From Sarcina sp. (GTDB taxonomy: Bacteria > Bacillota > Clostridia > Clostridiales > Clostridiaceae), in contig JBOGCG010000057.1 in NCBI GenBank assembly GCA_051656625.1, forward strand, positions 3,387 to 67,386: a stretch of 64,000 bases of DNA. Direction: 5' to 3'. Within the stretch, counting starts at the first letter, position 1. Each line of letters starts with the position of its first letter. Shown in pieces: positions 21,262 to 33,980 of the stretch. The position numbers were made by a program, and so were the translations under genes. The notes below the pieces were generated by a model. It searched no databases. It saw nothing but the letters and a program-made list of their open reading frames with translations, and was not told the origin of the DNA.

Positions 21262-22977
21262 TTAGAATAAATAATATCTCTGTGCCATTGGTACAACTTC
21301 CGCTGGCTCACAGGTTATAAGTTCTCCATTAACTGTTACATCATAGGTCTGTGGATCTACTTCAAGTTCTGGAGTTGCATCATTAAATTTCATGTCTTTT
21401 TTAGTTAAATTTCTAATTCCCTTTACAGGTAAAACCATTCTTTCAAGTCCTAGTTCTTCTTTTATTCCATGCTCATGAGCATATTGTGAAACGAAAGTTA
21501 TACAGGTTGAACCTAGAGCTTTTCCATGAGTTCCAAACATATCTCTTAAAAGCTCTGGTTGACATGTTGGAATCGAAGCATTAGCCTCCCCCATTACTGA
21601 TAGATTAACTAATCCACCTTTTATTACAAGCTTTGGTTTTACTCCAAAAAATGCTGGATCCCAAAGAATTAAATCAGCTACTTTTCCAACTTCTACAGAA
21701 CCTATGTACTCACTCATTCCCTGTGCAATAGCTGGATTTATTGTATATTTGGCAATATATCTTTTAATTCTATTATTATCGTTATACTCTGAATCACCTT
21801 CCATGATTCCTCTTTGTTTTTTCATTTTATCTGCATTTTGCCAAGTCCTTGAAACAACTTCTCCAATTCTTCCCATAGCCATAGTATCTGAACTCATAAT
21901 ACTTAATACTCCCATGTCTTGAAGTATATCTTCAGCTGCAATTGTTTGTTTTCTTATTCTTGAATCAGCAAAGGCTATATCTTCTGGAACTTTAGAATCT
22001 AAGTGATGGCAAACCATTAGCATATCTAAATGTTCTGCTATTGTATTTACTGTATAAGGTTTTGTTGGATTTGTTGAAGCTGGTAAAACATTCATATGGG
22101 CAGCCATTTTTAAAATATCTGGTGCATGCCCTCCTCCGGCTCCTTCAGTATGGAAAGTATGAATAACTCTCCCTGCAATTGCATCAATAGTATTTTCAAC
22201 AAATCCACACTCATTTAAAGTATCCGTATGTATACCTACTTGAACATCATATTCATCAGCTGCTCTTAAAGCATAATCTATAGCCGATCTTGTTGCTCCC
22301 CAGTCTTCATGAACTTTAAGTCCACAGGCACCTGCTTTTATTTGTTCCGCATTTACCTCAACATTAGCTCCACTACCTTTTCCCATAATTCCTACATTTA
22401 CAGGAATATCTTCAAAAGCCTCCATAATTCTATGTATATTCCATATTCCAGGTGTTGCGGTAGCAGCATTTGAACCATCATTTGGACCAGTTCCACCACC
22501 TACAACAGTAGTTACACCTCCATGTAAAGCAATTCTTGCTAAATCAGGACTTATATAATGAACGTGAGTATCTATAGCTCCTGCTGTTATAATATATCCT
22601 TCTCCAGCTAGAGCCTCTGTACTTACACCAACAATGAAATCTACATTATTCATTACATGTGGATTACCACCTTTTCCTATAGCTGCAATTTTACCATCCT
22701 TAATACCAATATCAGCTTTATAAATCCCTGTATAATCCACAATAATTGCTCCTGTAATAATAAGATCAACTACTTTAGGATTTTTTCTTGTTTCTATAGA
22801 ATTCTGACCCATACCATCCCTTAATGATTTTCCACCACCAAATTTACATTCATCTCCATATACAGTATAATCTTTTTCTATCTTTAAAAATAACTCTGTA
22901 TCTGCGAGCCTTATACTATCTCCCACTGTTGGTCCAAAAAGGTCTGAATAACGTTTTCTATCTATCTCAAAACTCAT
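21262..22977 (-). CDS. ureC: Urease alpha subunit (operon 2)
   Basis: All metal ligands and the flap Cys/His intact. Confidence 0.98.
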   Translation of the reverse strand: MSFEIDRKRYSDLFGPTVGDSIRLADTELFLKIEKDYTVYGDECKFGGGKSLRDGMGQNSIETRKNPKVVDLIITGAIIVDYTGIYKADIGIKDGKIAAIGKGGNPHVMNNVDFIVGVSTEALAGEGYIITAGAIDTHVHYISPDLARIALHGGVTTVVGGGTGPNDGSNAATATPGIWNIHRIMEAFEDIPVNVGIMGKGSGANVEVNAEQIKAGACGLKVHEDWGATRSAIDYALRAADEYDVQVGIHTDTLNECGFVENTIDAIAGRVIHTFHTEGAGGGHAPDILKMAAHMNVLPASTNPTKPYTVNTIAEHLDMLMVCHHLDSKVPEDIAFADSRIRKQTIAAEDILQDMGVLSIMSSDTMAMGRIGEVVSRTWQNADKMKKQRGIMEGDSEYNDNNRIKRYIAKYTINPAIAQGMSEYIGSVEVGKVADLILWDPAFFGVKPKLVIKGGLVNLSVMGEANASIPTCQPELLRDMFGTHGKALGSTCITFVSQYAHEHGIKEELGLERMVLPVKGIRNLTKKDMKFNDATPELEVDPQTYDVTVNGELITCEPAEVVPMAQRYYLF

Positions 22978-23300
22978 TACTTTCTACCTCCTTCATCTAG
23001 GTATCCATCAACCATATTGTTTAACCCATAAACTCTTCTTACCCCTGCAATATCAATAAGTCTTACTATTTTTTCATCTCCTGGTTCAAATCTAACTGCT
23101 GTTCCTGCCGGTATATCTAATCTTTTTCCATAGGCTGTTTCTCTATCAAATTCCAGTGCAATATTCACCTCATAAAAGTGAAAGTGAGAACCTACTTGAA
23201 CTGGTCTATCTCCAGTATTTTTCACCTTAAGTTCTATAGCTTCCATATTTTCATTATATTTAATAACTTCATTTGCTAATTTATATTCTCCTGGTATCAT
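22977..23300 (-). CDS. ureB: Urease beta subunit (operon 2)
   Basis: [15 protein letters not shown]. Confidence 0.97.
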   Translation of the reverse strand: MIPGEYKLANEVIKYNENMEAIELKVKNTGDRPVQVGSHFHFYEVNIALEFDRETAYGKRLDIPAGTAVRFEPGDEKIVRLIDIAGVRRVYGLNNMVDGYLDEGGRK

Positions 23301-23313
23301 ACTCTAACCTCCC

Positions 23314-23616
23314 TTATTGTATTGGATCATGAACTGTTACAAGCTTAGTACCATCTGGGAAAGTACATTCAACTTGAATTGTATGAACCATCTCTGGAAT
23401 TCCTTCCATCACTTCATCTCTTTTTAAAACTTTTCTTCCTTCATCCATAAGACGCTCCACTCTTTTTCCTTCTCTTGCACCCTCCATAATATAGTCTGTA
23501 ATAAGAGCTACTGATTCTGGATAATTTAATTTAATTCCTTTAGCTAATCTTCTTCTAGCAACATCCGCTGCAACAACTATCATTAGCTTTTCCTGTTCTT
23601 TCATTGATAATCTCAT
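23314..23616 (-). CDS. ureA: Urease gamma subunit (operon 2)
   Basis: [16 protein letters not shown]. Confidence 0.97.
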   Translation of the reverse strand: MRLSMKEQEKLMIVVAADVARRRLAKGIKLNYPESVALITDYIMEGAREGKRVERLMDEGRKVLKRDEVMEGIPEMVHTIQVECTFPDGTKLVTVHDPIQ

Positions 23617-23762
23617 AACATTTCCTCCTTTAATAAAAAATTTTTTAAATATTAGAAAGCTATTTAAAATTCCATTTTTTTCTTTTTGATTTAAATTATT
23701 TCTAAAATAGTTTTTCCATTTAACTACTATTTATGCTTTTTAATTACCAAAGTTTAAATAAA

Positions 23763-23800
23763 AAAAAGGCAGAGAAACAATAATTTGCTTCTCTGCCTTT
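23763..23800 (-). terminator. purA terminator
   Basis: aaaaggcagagaa/ttctctgcctttt stem followed by a T-run. Confidence 0.8.
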
Positions 23801-23807
23801 TAACTTA

Positions 23808-25097
23808 TTAAAGTTCTTTAGTTACTCTTATAGTTTGATCTCTCTTTGGACCAACGGAAACTATTGAAACCTTAGTATCAGTTAATTCTTCTATTCTTCT
23901 TATATATTTCTTAGCGTTTTCTGAGATTTGATCATAGCTTCTTGCATCAGCTACTTCTTCGCTCCATCCTTCAAACTCTTCGTAAACTGGTTTACATCTT
24001 CCTAAATCTTCAAGACTAGCTGGGAAATAGTCTATAACTTTTCCATCAAGCTCGTAACCAGTACATATTTTAACTTTATCAAGTCCAGCTAAAGTATCTA
24101 TTTTAGTAACAACAAAAGATGTTAATCCACAAACTCTTGCTGAAGTTTTTAAAATAACAACATCTAGCCAACCACATCTTCTTGATCTTCCTGTAGTTAC
24201 TCCATACTCATGACCTTTTTCTCTAATCCATTCACCAGTTTCATCTTCAAGTTCTGTTGGGAATGGTCCTTTTCCAACTCTTGTTGTATATGCCTTAGCA
24301 ACTCCAACAACGCTATCAATCATGTTTGGTCCGATTCCAGCACCATTAGCTACTCCACCAGAAGTAGTATTTGATGATGTAACATATGGATATGTTCCAT
24401 AATCTATATCAAGAAGCATTCCTTGAGCACCTTCAAATAAAACATTTTTATCTTCTTTTATTTTATTGTAAACTTCAACTGAAGTATCTGTAACAAAAGG
24501 TTTTACTCTTTCAGCTAATTTAGTATACTTTTCAAATATTTCTTCAAAGTCTAAAGCTTCTCCATCTAAAACTTTAGTAATGTATTTATTTTTCATTTCT
24601 ACATTAAGCTTAAGCTTTTCTTTAAAAACTTTGTTATCTATTAAATCACAGATTCTTATTCCACATCTTTCATATTTATCTGTATAACATGGTCCTATAC
24701 CTTTGCAAGTTGTTCCAATATCATTTTTCCCTCTTGCTTTTTCATTTAATTTATCTAACTCTATATGATAAGGCATAATTACATGCGCTCTATCACTTAT
24801 TTTTAATTTACTTGGAGTAACCTTTACACCTAAATTCTCTAAATACTCTATTTCTTCAAATAAAGCTACAGGATTTACAACAACTCCATTACCTATAACA
24901 TTTAATTTTTCATCATGTAGTATTCCTGATGGAATTAGATGCAATTTATATTGTTTATCTTCTACTTCCACAGTGTGACCTGCATTATTTCCTCCTTGGA
25001 ATCTAACAACCACCTCTGCTTCTTCAGCAAGATAATCTGTCATTTTACCCTTTCCTTCGTCACCCCACTGAGCTCCCATTACGATAAATGATGACAT
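23808..25097 (-). CDS. purA: Adenylosuccinate synthetase
   Basis: [28 protein letters not shown]; start at MSSFIV after GGAGG. Confidence 0.97.
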   Translation of the reverse strand: MSSFIVMGAQWGDEGKGKMTDYLAEEAEVVVRFQGGNNAGHTVEVEDKQYKLHLIPSGILHDEKLNVIGNGVVVNPVALFEEIEYLENLGVKVTPSKLKISDRAHVIMPYHIELDKLNEKARGKNDIGTTCKGIGPCYTDKYERCGIRICDLIDNKVFKEKLKLNVEMKNKYITKVLDGEALDFEEIFEKYTKLAERVKPFVTDTSVEVYNKIKEDKNVLFEGAQGMLLDIDYGTYPYVTSSNTTSGGVANGAGIGPNMIDSVVGVAKAYTTRVGKGPFPTELEDETGEWIREKGHEYGVTTGRSRRCGWLDVVILKTSARVCGLTSFVVTKIDTLAGLDKVKICTGYELDGKVIDYFPASLEDLGRCKPVYEEFEGWSEEVADARSYDQISENAKKYIRRIEELTDTKVSIVSVGPKRDQTIRVTKEL

Positions 25098-25247
25098 AAC
25101 ATATTCCTCCTTAAAGTCCGTTTTATATTTAAAATTGAAATTGCAAAACCGTTTATTTACAACCTCAAACTTCTGCATTATTCGTATTTTTTCTTGTTTT
25201 TTCCTTTAACCAATTCCATATTAACAGAGTATTTCCATAAGGTCAAT

Positions 25248-25295
25248 AATTTTACGAATTATATTTAGCAACCCTTATTAATAATTCGTTAATTT
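25248..25295. promoter_or_regulatory. Inverted pair of PurR-box-like sites upstream of purA
   Basis: aattttaCGAAttat ... ataaTTCGttaattt, adjacent to a TTGACC -35. Confidence 0.5.
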
Positions 25296-25439
25296 TTCTT
25301 TTGAAAATTTAAATCTATTTACTTTAATCTTTCTAAATTTCTTATTAATTAAGAGATTTATAATATTTTTTGCTATTTGGCATAAAATTATAAGGACTTA
25401 TTTTAAAAAATTTAAAATTTATTGAAGGAGTGTTTTTTT

Positions 25440-26039
25440 ATGAATGAACTTACAGCTAAAAAATTTAACTTTCAAGTTATAGAAGGTCTTACTGAAAAAC
25501 AACTTGAAGCACATTATAACCTTTATAAAGGCTATGTTACAAAAGTGAATGAGATTTCAAAACTTTCTAAAACTCCAGAAAAATTTAAAGGTTCTAATCC
25601 AACTTTCAGTGAATTAAGAAGTGAAAAACTTGGTGAAACCTATGCTATAAATGGAGTTAAGCTTCATGAATTATATTTTGAAAATATTTCAGAAAAAAAA
25701 GGTGAACCTAGCGAAGCCTTAAAAAAATTAATTTCTGAAAGTTTTAAAGATAAAGATGAAATGCTTGCTTACTTAAAACAGGTTGCACTATCCTCTAGAG
25801 GTTGGACTATAGTTGCTCTTGAATGCGTTACTGAAAGTTTAAGAGTTATTGGCTCTGATTTACATGATTCAGGCGCTATTTGGGGTGCAACACCTATCCT
25901 AGTTATAGATGTTTATGAACATGCTTATTTCATGGATTATGGTTCAGACAGAGCTGCTTATCTTGATAAAGTTCTAGAAAACCTCAATTGGGATTCAGTG
26001 AACGAAAGAGTTGAAAAAGAAATGAAAACTTGGAACTAA
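25440..26039 (+). CDS. sod: Fe/Mn superoxide dismutase family (short SodF-like type)
   Basis: AHYNLYKGYV, LHELYF, DVYEHAY metal ligands. Confidence 0.88.
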   Translation: MNELTAKKFNFQVIEGLTEKQLEAHYNLYKGYVTKVNEISKLSKTPEKFKGSNPTFSELRSEKLGETYAINGVKLHELYFENISEKKGEPSEALKKLISESFKDKDEMLAYLKQVALSSRGWTIVALECVTESLRVIGSDLHDSGAIWGATPILVIDVYEHAYFMDYGSDRAAYLDKVLENLNWDSVNERVEKEMKTWN

Positions 26040-26104
26040 GAAAATTTTATTTGAAAATTATTAAAACCATCAATTTATTACAAACTGATGGTTTTTATTA
26101 TAAT

Positions 26105-26797
26105 CTATTTTAATATTTTCTCAATAATTTCTTCAGTTTTATCTACTTTATAAAATTTTTTTGATGCTTTAAATAAAATAAAATTTTCCTCTTCTTCAAC
26201 TTTTTCTATTTCATTTAAATCAATTTCTTCTCTTATATAATCATTTTTTATTATCAAATAATTATCATCAATAACATAATTACTATTTTCATAAAATATA
26301 TAATATCTTCTCATAATTATTTTATGAGTTAATTTATAAGCTTCTTGTAAAAAAATAAAAGATATAAAAAATAAAATTATAAAAAAAAGTTTATTTTCTA
26401 CAACATCATTAGGTATTTTTGAAATTGCCAATAAATCAAAAACTCTAGTAAATGAAATTGCTATAAAAATTGAAAGAATTAAAGAAAACATCAATCGCCT
26501 TATTTTTATATTATCTTCGTTAATTAATAGGGTAATTTCTACTTTATTAGCTATTAAACTAATCTTTTTATTCTCTAAATCTACATAAATGTGAAATTTA
26601 TTTAATAAGTAGTTATATCTATAAGTTCTAAAATTTCTATCCTTTATTTGATTTTTATTAGCTATATAAATCATCAAGCAAATAACTATAAAACTAGGAA
26701 CTATCCCTTTTAAAATTTTTATTCCATCAATAATTTCTATTTTATTTATCATTGTATTTATAGCAATTAAAATAGATATAGAAAATAAATAAACCAC
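26105..26797 (-). CDS. Hypothetical membrane protein with YcxB-like C-terminus
   Basis: Several hydrophobic segments; very low GC; start uncertain (no clear SD). Confidence 0.5.
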   Translation of the reverse strand: MVYLFSISILIAINTMINKIEIIDGIKILKGIVPSFIVICLMIYIANKNQIKDRNFRTYRYNYLLNKFHIYVDLENKKISLIANKVEITLLINEDNIKIRRLMFSLILSIFIAISFTRVFDLLAISKIPNDVVENKLFFIILFFISFIFLQEAYKLTHKIIMRRYYIFYENSNYVIDDNYLIIKNDYIREEIDLNEIEKVEEEENFILFKASKKFYKVDKTEEIIEKILK

Positions 26798-26865
26798 TGA
26801 ATAAATAACTATTTTTTTATTAAATTTATCCTGTTAATTTGTAATTTACTTAAATTAAAGCAATA

Positions 26866-26897
26866 AAAAACTCACAGGAAAAATCCTGTGAGTTTTT
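26866..26897 (-). terminator. atp operon terminator
   Basis: aaaaactcacagga/tcctgtgagttttt perfect stem. Confidence 0.85.
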
Positions 26898-26899
26898 CA

Positions 26900-27151
26900 T
26901 TATTTTATTTCATTGTTTGCAATGTCTGTATTTTGAGGAATAGAAAGTTTACTATTAAATATTTTCTTGAATGTAGCCATACTTACTGGTGGGATAATGC
27001 ACATAAATACGATTGAAACGTATAAAGTAACACTTTGGAACCTACCTGCTAAGAATAAATATGTTATATAAGCTACAATTAAAGCAGAAATAACTACTAA
27101 AATACCTATAAATGTTGAAACTATTTTACTATCTGAACTTTGTTTGCTCAT
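26900..27151 (-). CDS. Small 2-TM protein co-transcribed at the end of the atp operon
   Basis: AGGAGG SD, 33 nt after the atpC stop, ahead of the terminator; 83 aa. Confidence 0.75.
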   Translation of the reverse strand: MSKQSSDSKIVSTFIGILVVISALIVAYITYLFLAGRFQSVTLYVSIVFMCIIPPVSMATFKKIFNSKLSIPQNTDIANNEIK

Positions 27152-27184
27152 CACTCTTCCTCCTCTCAACTTCATTACTAATTA

Positions 27185-27592
27185 CTACTTGTTGTTATAA
27201 AAGTTTATTCTAGAAATTGCTCTTTCTAGTGCTAATTTATTTCTTAAGTTCTCTAATTCTGCTTCTTTATGCTCTGCTATTCTTTTTTCAGCTCTCTCTT
27301 TTGAATGTTCCGCTCTTTTTAAATCAATTTCTTCTCTAGTTTCTGCTGAATCAAGACATAAACTTACTTCGTTGTGAAGAACTTTTATCACTCCACCAGA
27401 TGCAAAATATTCTAATTCTTTATTATTTTCATCTACTATTGTTAATTTAGTTGGAATTATTGTAGTTAATAGATTTTGTGAGTCTAAGTTTATTGAGAAT
27501 TCACCATCTCTATCTCTACTTATTACTTTAGTTGCTATTCCATCAAATATTACTTTATAAGGAGTGATTACTTTTAATTTAAAACCATCCAT
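27185..27592 (-). CDS. atpC: F1 epsilon subunit (divergent)
   Basis: L.VITP, SGG..V, DSAE..EEIDL.RAE..KERAE. Confidence 0.92.
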   Translation of the reverse strand: MDGFKLKVITPYKVIFDGIATKVISRDRDGEFSINLDSQNLLTTIIPTKLTIVDENNKELEYFASGGVIKVLHNEVSLCLDSAETREEIDLKRAEHSKERAEKRIAEHKEAELENLRNKLALERAISRINFYNNK

Positions 27593-27603
27593 TTAACTCA
27601 CCC

Positions 27604-29013
<1,410 letters not shown>

Positions 29014-29874
29014 TTATTTTTGTGCTTCTGCACCACCAACGATTTCTGATATCTCTTGAGTGATTGCACTTTGTCTTATTCTGTTATATTGTGTTTCTAA
29101 ACTTTCGATTATATCATCAGCATTTTTTGTTGCTCCATCCATAGCTTGCATTCTTGCATTTTCTTCACTAGTCATTGAGTTATACATAGCATTTATTATT
29201 TTTCCTTCTAAATATCTATATAAGAAAACTTGAATAACATCTGTTTCTTTTGTATAATCAAAAACTAATCTTTCACTAGACTCTTCTTCTTTGCTTGTCT
29301 GTGAAAATGGAAGGATTTCAACCTCCTCTACTACTTGAGAAACTGATGACTTAAAACTAGTATAAACCATAGATAAGCCGCCTATATCCTTATTTAAATA
29401 AAGATTTAAAATTCTTACTGCTATTGTTCTAGCATCTTTTAAAGTAAATTCATCTTTATAATCAGTGAATTTATCATATACTTCAAAGCCAAACTTATTT
29501 AAATAAGATAATCCTCTTTGCCCTATTAAAAATACAGTTACATTTTCTTTTTCTTTTCCGTATTTTTCATTTAAATATGTTGTTACATTAGCATTAAATC
29601 CGCCGCAAAGTCCAGAATTTGATGCGAATAAAACAACCATTTTCTTATTAGATCCATTTTCCATAATAAAAGGACATTCTGAACCTACCTCAATAATATT
29701 AAAGATATCCTTTTTTATATCTTCTAAAGTGTCAAAATACTTATTATTATTTTCAAGAACTACTTTAGATTTTCTTAACTTTGCTGTAGCTACAAGCCCC
29801 ATGGCTTTTGTAATTTTTTTTGTATTATGAACACTTTTCATTCTTCTTTTTATATCTAATAATCCAGCTGGCAT
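29014..29874 (-). CDS. atpG: F1 gamma subunit
   Basis: KITKAM, GLCGGFN, RQSAITQEISEIVGG. Confidence 0.97.
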   Translation of the reverse strand: MPAGLLDIKRRMKSVHNTKKITKAMGLVATAKLRKSKVVLENNNKYFDTLEDIKKDIFNIIEVGSECPFIMENGSNKKMVVLFASNSGLCGGFNANVTTYLNEKYGKEKENVTVFLIGQRGLSYLNKFGFEVYDKFTDYKDEFTLKDARTIAVRILNLYLNKDIGGLSMVYTSFKSSVSQVVEEVEILPFSQTSKEEESSERLVFDYTKETDVIQVFLYRYLEGKIINAMYNSMTSEENARMQAMDGATKNADDIIESLETQYNRIRQSAITQEISEIVGGAEAQK

Positions 29875-29936
29875 TAATTCACCTCCTGTTTTTATAAGAA
29901 GGCATAGCTTAAATAAACTATGCCTTTATTTCTTAA

Positions 29937-31445
29937 TTATCTTAAAAATATTTCTTTAAATTCATCAAGAACAGCTTTTATTTGTGCTTCTATCTCATCT
30001 GTGATTTTCTTTTCATTTTTAAGATTTGTTATTAAATCACCTTTATTATCACGAACATAAGTTATAAATTCTTTTTCGAATTTTCTTATTTCTGAAACTT
30101 CAATGTCTGATAAACAATCATGTACTCCTGCGTAAAGTATTAATATTTGATCCTCTACATCCATTGGTTTATATTGTTCTTGTTTTAATATCTCAAGAAT
30201 TCTCTTACCTTTTGCAAGTCTTCTTTGAGTATCTTTATCTAAATCTGAACCAAATTGAGCAAATGATGCAAGTTCTCTATATTGAGCAAGTTCAAGTCTT
30301 AATGTACCTGCAACCTGTTTCATTGCTTTAGTTTGAGCATTACCACCAACCCTGGATACTGATATACCTGGGTTAACAGCTGGTCTTTGTCCTGATAAGA
30401 ACAATTCATTTTCAAGGAAAATTTGACCATCTGTAATTGATATTACATTTGTTGGTATATAAGCTGAAACGTCTCCTGCTTGAGTTTCAATTATTGGTAA
30501 TGCAGTAATTGAACCTGAACCTAATTCTTCTGAAAGTTTTGCTGCTCTTTCAAGAAGTCTTGAGTGAATGTAGAAAACATCTCCTGGGTAAGCTTCTCTG
30601 CCTGGTGGTCTTCTAAGTAATAGTGACATTGTTCTATAAGCAACTGCGTGTTTAGACAAGTCATCATAAATTATAAGAACGTCTTTACCTTGATACATAA
30701 ATTGTTCTGCCATTGCACAACCAGCATATGGTGCAATATATTGAAGTGGAGCTGAATCTGAAGCAGTAGCTGCAACGATTATACTATAATCAAGAGCACC
30801 TTCTTCAGTTAATGTATTTACTATATTTGCTACAGTTGATTGTTTTTGTCCTATAGCAACATATATACAAATAACATCTTTTCCTCTTTGGTTAATTATT
30901 GTATCTAAAGCTATTGCAGTTTTACCTGTTTGTCTATCTCCAATTATAAGTTCCCTTTGACCTTTTCCAATTGGAACCATAGAGTCAATAGGTTTTATAC
31001 CAGTTTGAAGAGGCTCATTAACTGAGTTTCTATCAATGATTGTTGGAGCTGGAACTTCTATTTCTCTAAAAGTTTCTTCTTTTATAGGTCCTTTACCATC
31101 AATAGGTTGTCCAAGCGAATTAACTACTCTTCCTAATAAGGCTTTTCCTACAGGTACTTCAACTATTTTTCCTGTTCTTGTAACTGTATCGCCTTCTTTA
31201 ATTCCTTTTTCTGAACCTAATAATACGCATCCTACATTATCTTGTTCTAAGTTTAATGCCATTGCAAATACGTTGTTTGGAAATCTTAATAATTCACCTT
31301 CAACACATTCATCTAAACCATAAACTCTAGCAACACCATCACCAATTTGTATTATTGTTCCAGAATCAACAGTTTCTAATTTCTTTTCATACTTCATTAC
31401 TTCTTCTTTAATAATAGAAGTAATTTCTTCTGGTCTTATATTCAT
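29937..31445 (-). CDS. atpA: F1 alpha subunit
   Basis: [22 protein letters not shown]. Confidence 0.98.
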   Translation of the reverse strand: MNIRPEEITSIIKEEVMKYEKKLETVDSGTIIQIGDGVARVYGLDECVEGELLRFPNNVFAMALNLEQDNVGCVLLGSEKGIKEGDTVTRTGKIVEVPVGKALLGRVVNSLGQPIDGKGPIKEETFREIEVPAPTIIDRNSVNEPLQTGIKPIDSMVPIGKGQRELIIGDRQTGKTAIALDTIINQRGKDVICIYVAIGQKQSTVANIVNTLTEEGALDYSIIVAATASDSAPLQYIAPYAGCAMAEQFMYQGKDVLIIYDDLSKHAVAYRTMSLLLRRPPGREAYPGDVFYIHSRLLERAAKLSEELGSGSITALPIIETQAGDVSAYIPTNVISITDGQIFLENELFLSGQRPAVNPGISVSRVGGNAQTKAMKQVAGTLRLELAQYRELASFAQFGSDLDKDTQRRLAKGKRILEILKQEQYKPMDVEDQILILYAGVHDCLSDIEVSEIRKFEKEFITYVRDNKGDLITNLKNEKKITDEIEAQIKAVLDEFKEIFLR

Positions 31446-31458
31446 AGGTTCACCACCT

Positions 31459-31998
31459 TTATTTATTATTTAGTATTGCTTCTTCCATTTCAGTGTATTG
31501 ATGTGATAAAGTACCATCTATTACATCATTACCTACTTTTAAATAAACTCCGCCTATTATGCTTTCATCTATTTTTTCTTCTAGTATTACTTCTTTATGA
31601 TATTTATTTTCTAACTTTTCAATTAAAAGCTTACGTTGCTCTTCATCAAGTTTCACACAAGTTTTTACTGTAGCTTTAACTTTATTTGATTTCACTAAAA
31701 GAACGTCTTCTACTTGATCAAATACACCTCTTAATTCTTTTGTTCTATCTTTATCAATAATTAATTCTAAAAAATTATATAAATCTTTGTTTATTTTATC
31801 TTTAAAAATACTTTTCAATACAGATTTTTTTTCTGAACTACTAATTTGAGGATGTTCTATAATTTCTTTTAATTCTTTGTGTTCATCTAAAATATCACAA
31901 ACTTGTCCGAACTCTAAAATTATCTCATTTATGCTATCATGCTCTTTAGCTATTTCATACAAAGCAATTGCATATCTTCTATCTAAGTATTCTTTCAT
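31459..31998 (-). CDS. atpH: F1 delta subunit
   Basis: [15 protein letters not shown]...VIDG. Confidence 0.94.
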   Translation of the reverse strand: MKEYLDRRYAIALYEIAKEHDSINEIILEFGQVCDILDEHKELKEIIEHPQISSSEKKSVLKSIFKDKINKDLYNFLELIIDKDRTKELRGVFDQVEDVLLVKSNKVKATVKTCVKLDEEQRKLLIEKLENKYHKEVILEEKIDESIIGGVYLKVGNDVIDGTLSHQYTEMEEAILNNK

Positions 31999-31999
31999 C

Positions 32000-32479
32000 T
32001 TAAATACCTACCTGTTCGATAAATTTATCTATGATTTGCTTATGCTTTGTTTCATCTAACTCTTCGCCTACAGCCTTTTTAGATAAATCAACAGCTAAAT
32101 TAACAGCTTCTTCTTTAACTTGATATCTAAGTTTTTCGCCTTCTCTTTGAATATCAACTTCAGCTTTATCTAAAATTAAAGAAGCTTTTGATTTTGCTTC
32201 ATTTACAATTTCATCATATCTCTTCATAGCTTGTTGCTTTTTAACATCTGAGATTTTTTGAGCTTCTACACTAGCAGATTTTAAAATCTCTCTATTTTTA
32301 GTTTTTAGCTCTTCTGACTCTTCAAAATTTCTATTTGCATCCGCTATTTTTTCTTTTATTAAGTTTTGTCTGGCTTCTATTCCAAGTTTAATCTTATTCC
32401 AAAAAACAATTCTTAATATGATAAGTAATATTATAAAGTTAATTATTGTCGCTAATACCTGTTGCCAACTAATCTCCAT
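32000..32479 (-). CDS. atpF: Fo b subunit
   Basis: INFIILL TM helix followed by a coiled coil. Confidence 0.94.
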   Translation of the reverse strand: MEISWQQVLATIINFIILLIILRIVFWNKIKLGIEARQNLIKEKIADANRNFEESEELKTKNREILKSASVEAQKISDVKKQQAMKRYDEIVNEAKSKASLILDKAEVDIQREGEKLRYQVKEEAVNLAVDLSKKAVGEELDETKHKQIIDKFIEQVGI

Positions 32480-32522
32480 AAAATTTAACCTCCCTTCAAA
32501 GGTTAACAGCCCATTAATAAAA

Positions 32523-32741
32523 TTATTTTACAAATAATAATATTATCGCAACAACTAATCCGTATATCGCTGTTGCTTCTGCTAACCCTGCTCCTAGTAT
32601 AAATGTACTTTGAATTTTATCCATCATTTCTGGACGTCTACCTATACCTTCACAAGCACCTTCAGCAGCCATACCTATTCCTATTCCTGCTCCTATACTT
32701 GTTACAACAGCAAGACCTGCTCCTATTACTCCGATATCCAT
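32523..32741 (-). CDS. atpE: Fo c subunit, canonical Glu-containing copy (c3)
   Basis: GAGIGIG, RRPE loop, LAEATAIYG (GAA codon at 32577-32579). Confidence 0.95.
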   Translation of the reverse strand: MDIGVIGAGLAVVTSIGAGIGIGMAAEGACEGIGRRPEMMDKIQSTFILGAGLAEATAIYGLVVAIILLFVK

Positions 32742-32823
32742 AAGCTTACCTCCTTTTTTTGTTTTTTACTACAATATTACTTACAATATCACCTTTATTT
32801 TATCGAATAAAATTTAATTTTTT

Positions 32824-33293
<470 letters not shown>

Positions 33294-33302
33294 CTAGAGA
33301 AT

Positions 33303-33980
33303 CTAGTGTTCTACTTCTAATTTAATGTTAATTACTACTAACATTACAAAGATTATTGCTTGAAGTGCTCCATCGAATAAATCAAAGAATGAATGTGGAA
33401 TTATTGGCAATCCAATTTGTGCTATCCATGCAATGTGACCTAGACCATGATAAACTAAAGCCATAACTATTGCAGCTGCTAACATATTTCCCCATAAACG
33501 AAGACAAAGAGAAACAGGGAATACAACAGCTTCCATTAAGTTAAGTGGTAACATAGCTGCATATGGATGTAAAAATCCTTTAAGCCATTTTCCAACACCT
33601 TTTCTTTTTATTGCGGTTCCATGAATTATTAAAATAGCAATTATAGTAAATCCTATAGTAATACTTAAATTTCTAGTTGGTGGTCCGAATCCTACTAAAC
33701 CTAAACAATTTAGAATTAATATAAAAATAAATAAAGTACCTACAAATGGAACATAGCCATGGAAATCAAGTCCCATATTACCATCAACCATATCTGAAAC
33801 ATATTCATAGATCATTTCAATAACTGATTGTACTTTTCCTGGATTTTCTATACTAAATCTACTTGCAATTCCACCTAGAACAACTATAAGTATCAACATT
33901 ACGCCCCACTGGGTTACAATATCTCCATTTATACTTAAGGATCCTATATGCCATGTATATAACGGTCCAAAAACGTTCAC
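33303..33980 (-). CDS. atpB: Fo a subunit
   Basis: SLCLRLWGNM (essential Arg retained), GALQAIIF. Confidence 0.95.
   Translation of the reverse strand: MNVFGPLYTWHIGSLSINGDIVTQWGVMLILIVVLGGIASRFSIENPGKVQSVIEMIYEYVSDMVDGNMGLDFHGYVPFVGTLFIFILILNCLGLVGFGPPTRNLSITIGFTIIAILIIHGTAIKRKGVGKWLKGFLHPYAAMLPLNLMEAVVFPVSLCLRLWGNMLAAAIVMALVYHGLGHIAWIAQIGLPIIPHSFFDLFDGALQAIIFVMLVVINIKLEVEH

Noticed and set aside
16503-22977. Calling one copy an iron urease like Helicobacter mustelae UreA2B2
   Set aside because: Both copies keep accessory genes and identical ligand motifs; metal preference cannot be read from the sequence
14664-23616. Urease duplication as an assembly artefact
   Set aside because: The copies differ throughout at DNA and protein level and have different intergenic sequences
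32523-32741. Na+-coupled ATP synthase or N-ATPase
   Set aside because: c3 lacks the Gln and E-S/T Na+ signature (it has GIGIG and EAT); the gene order is standard BEFHAGDC with delta present
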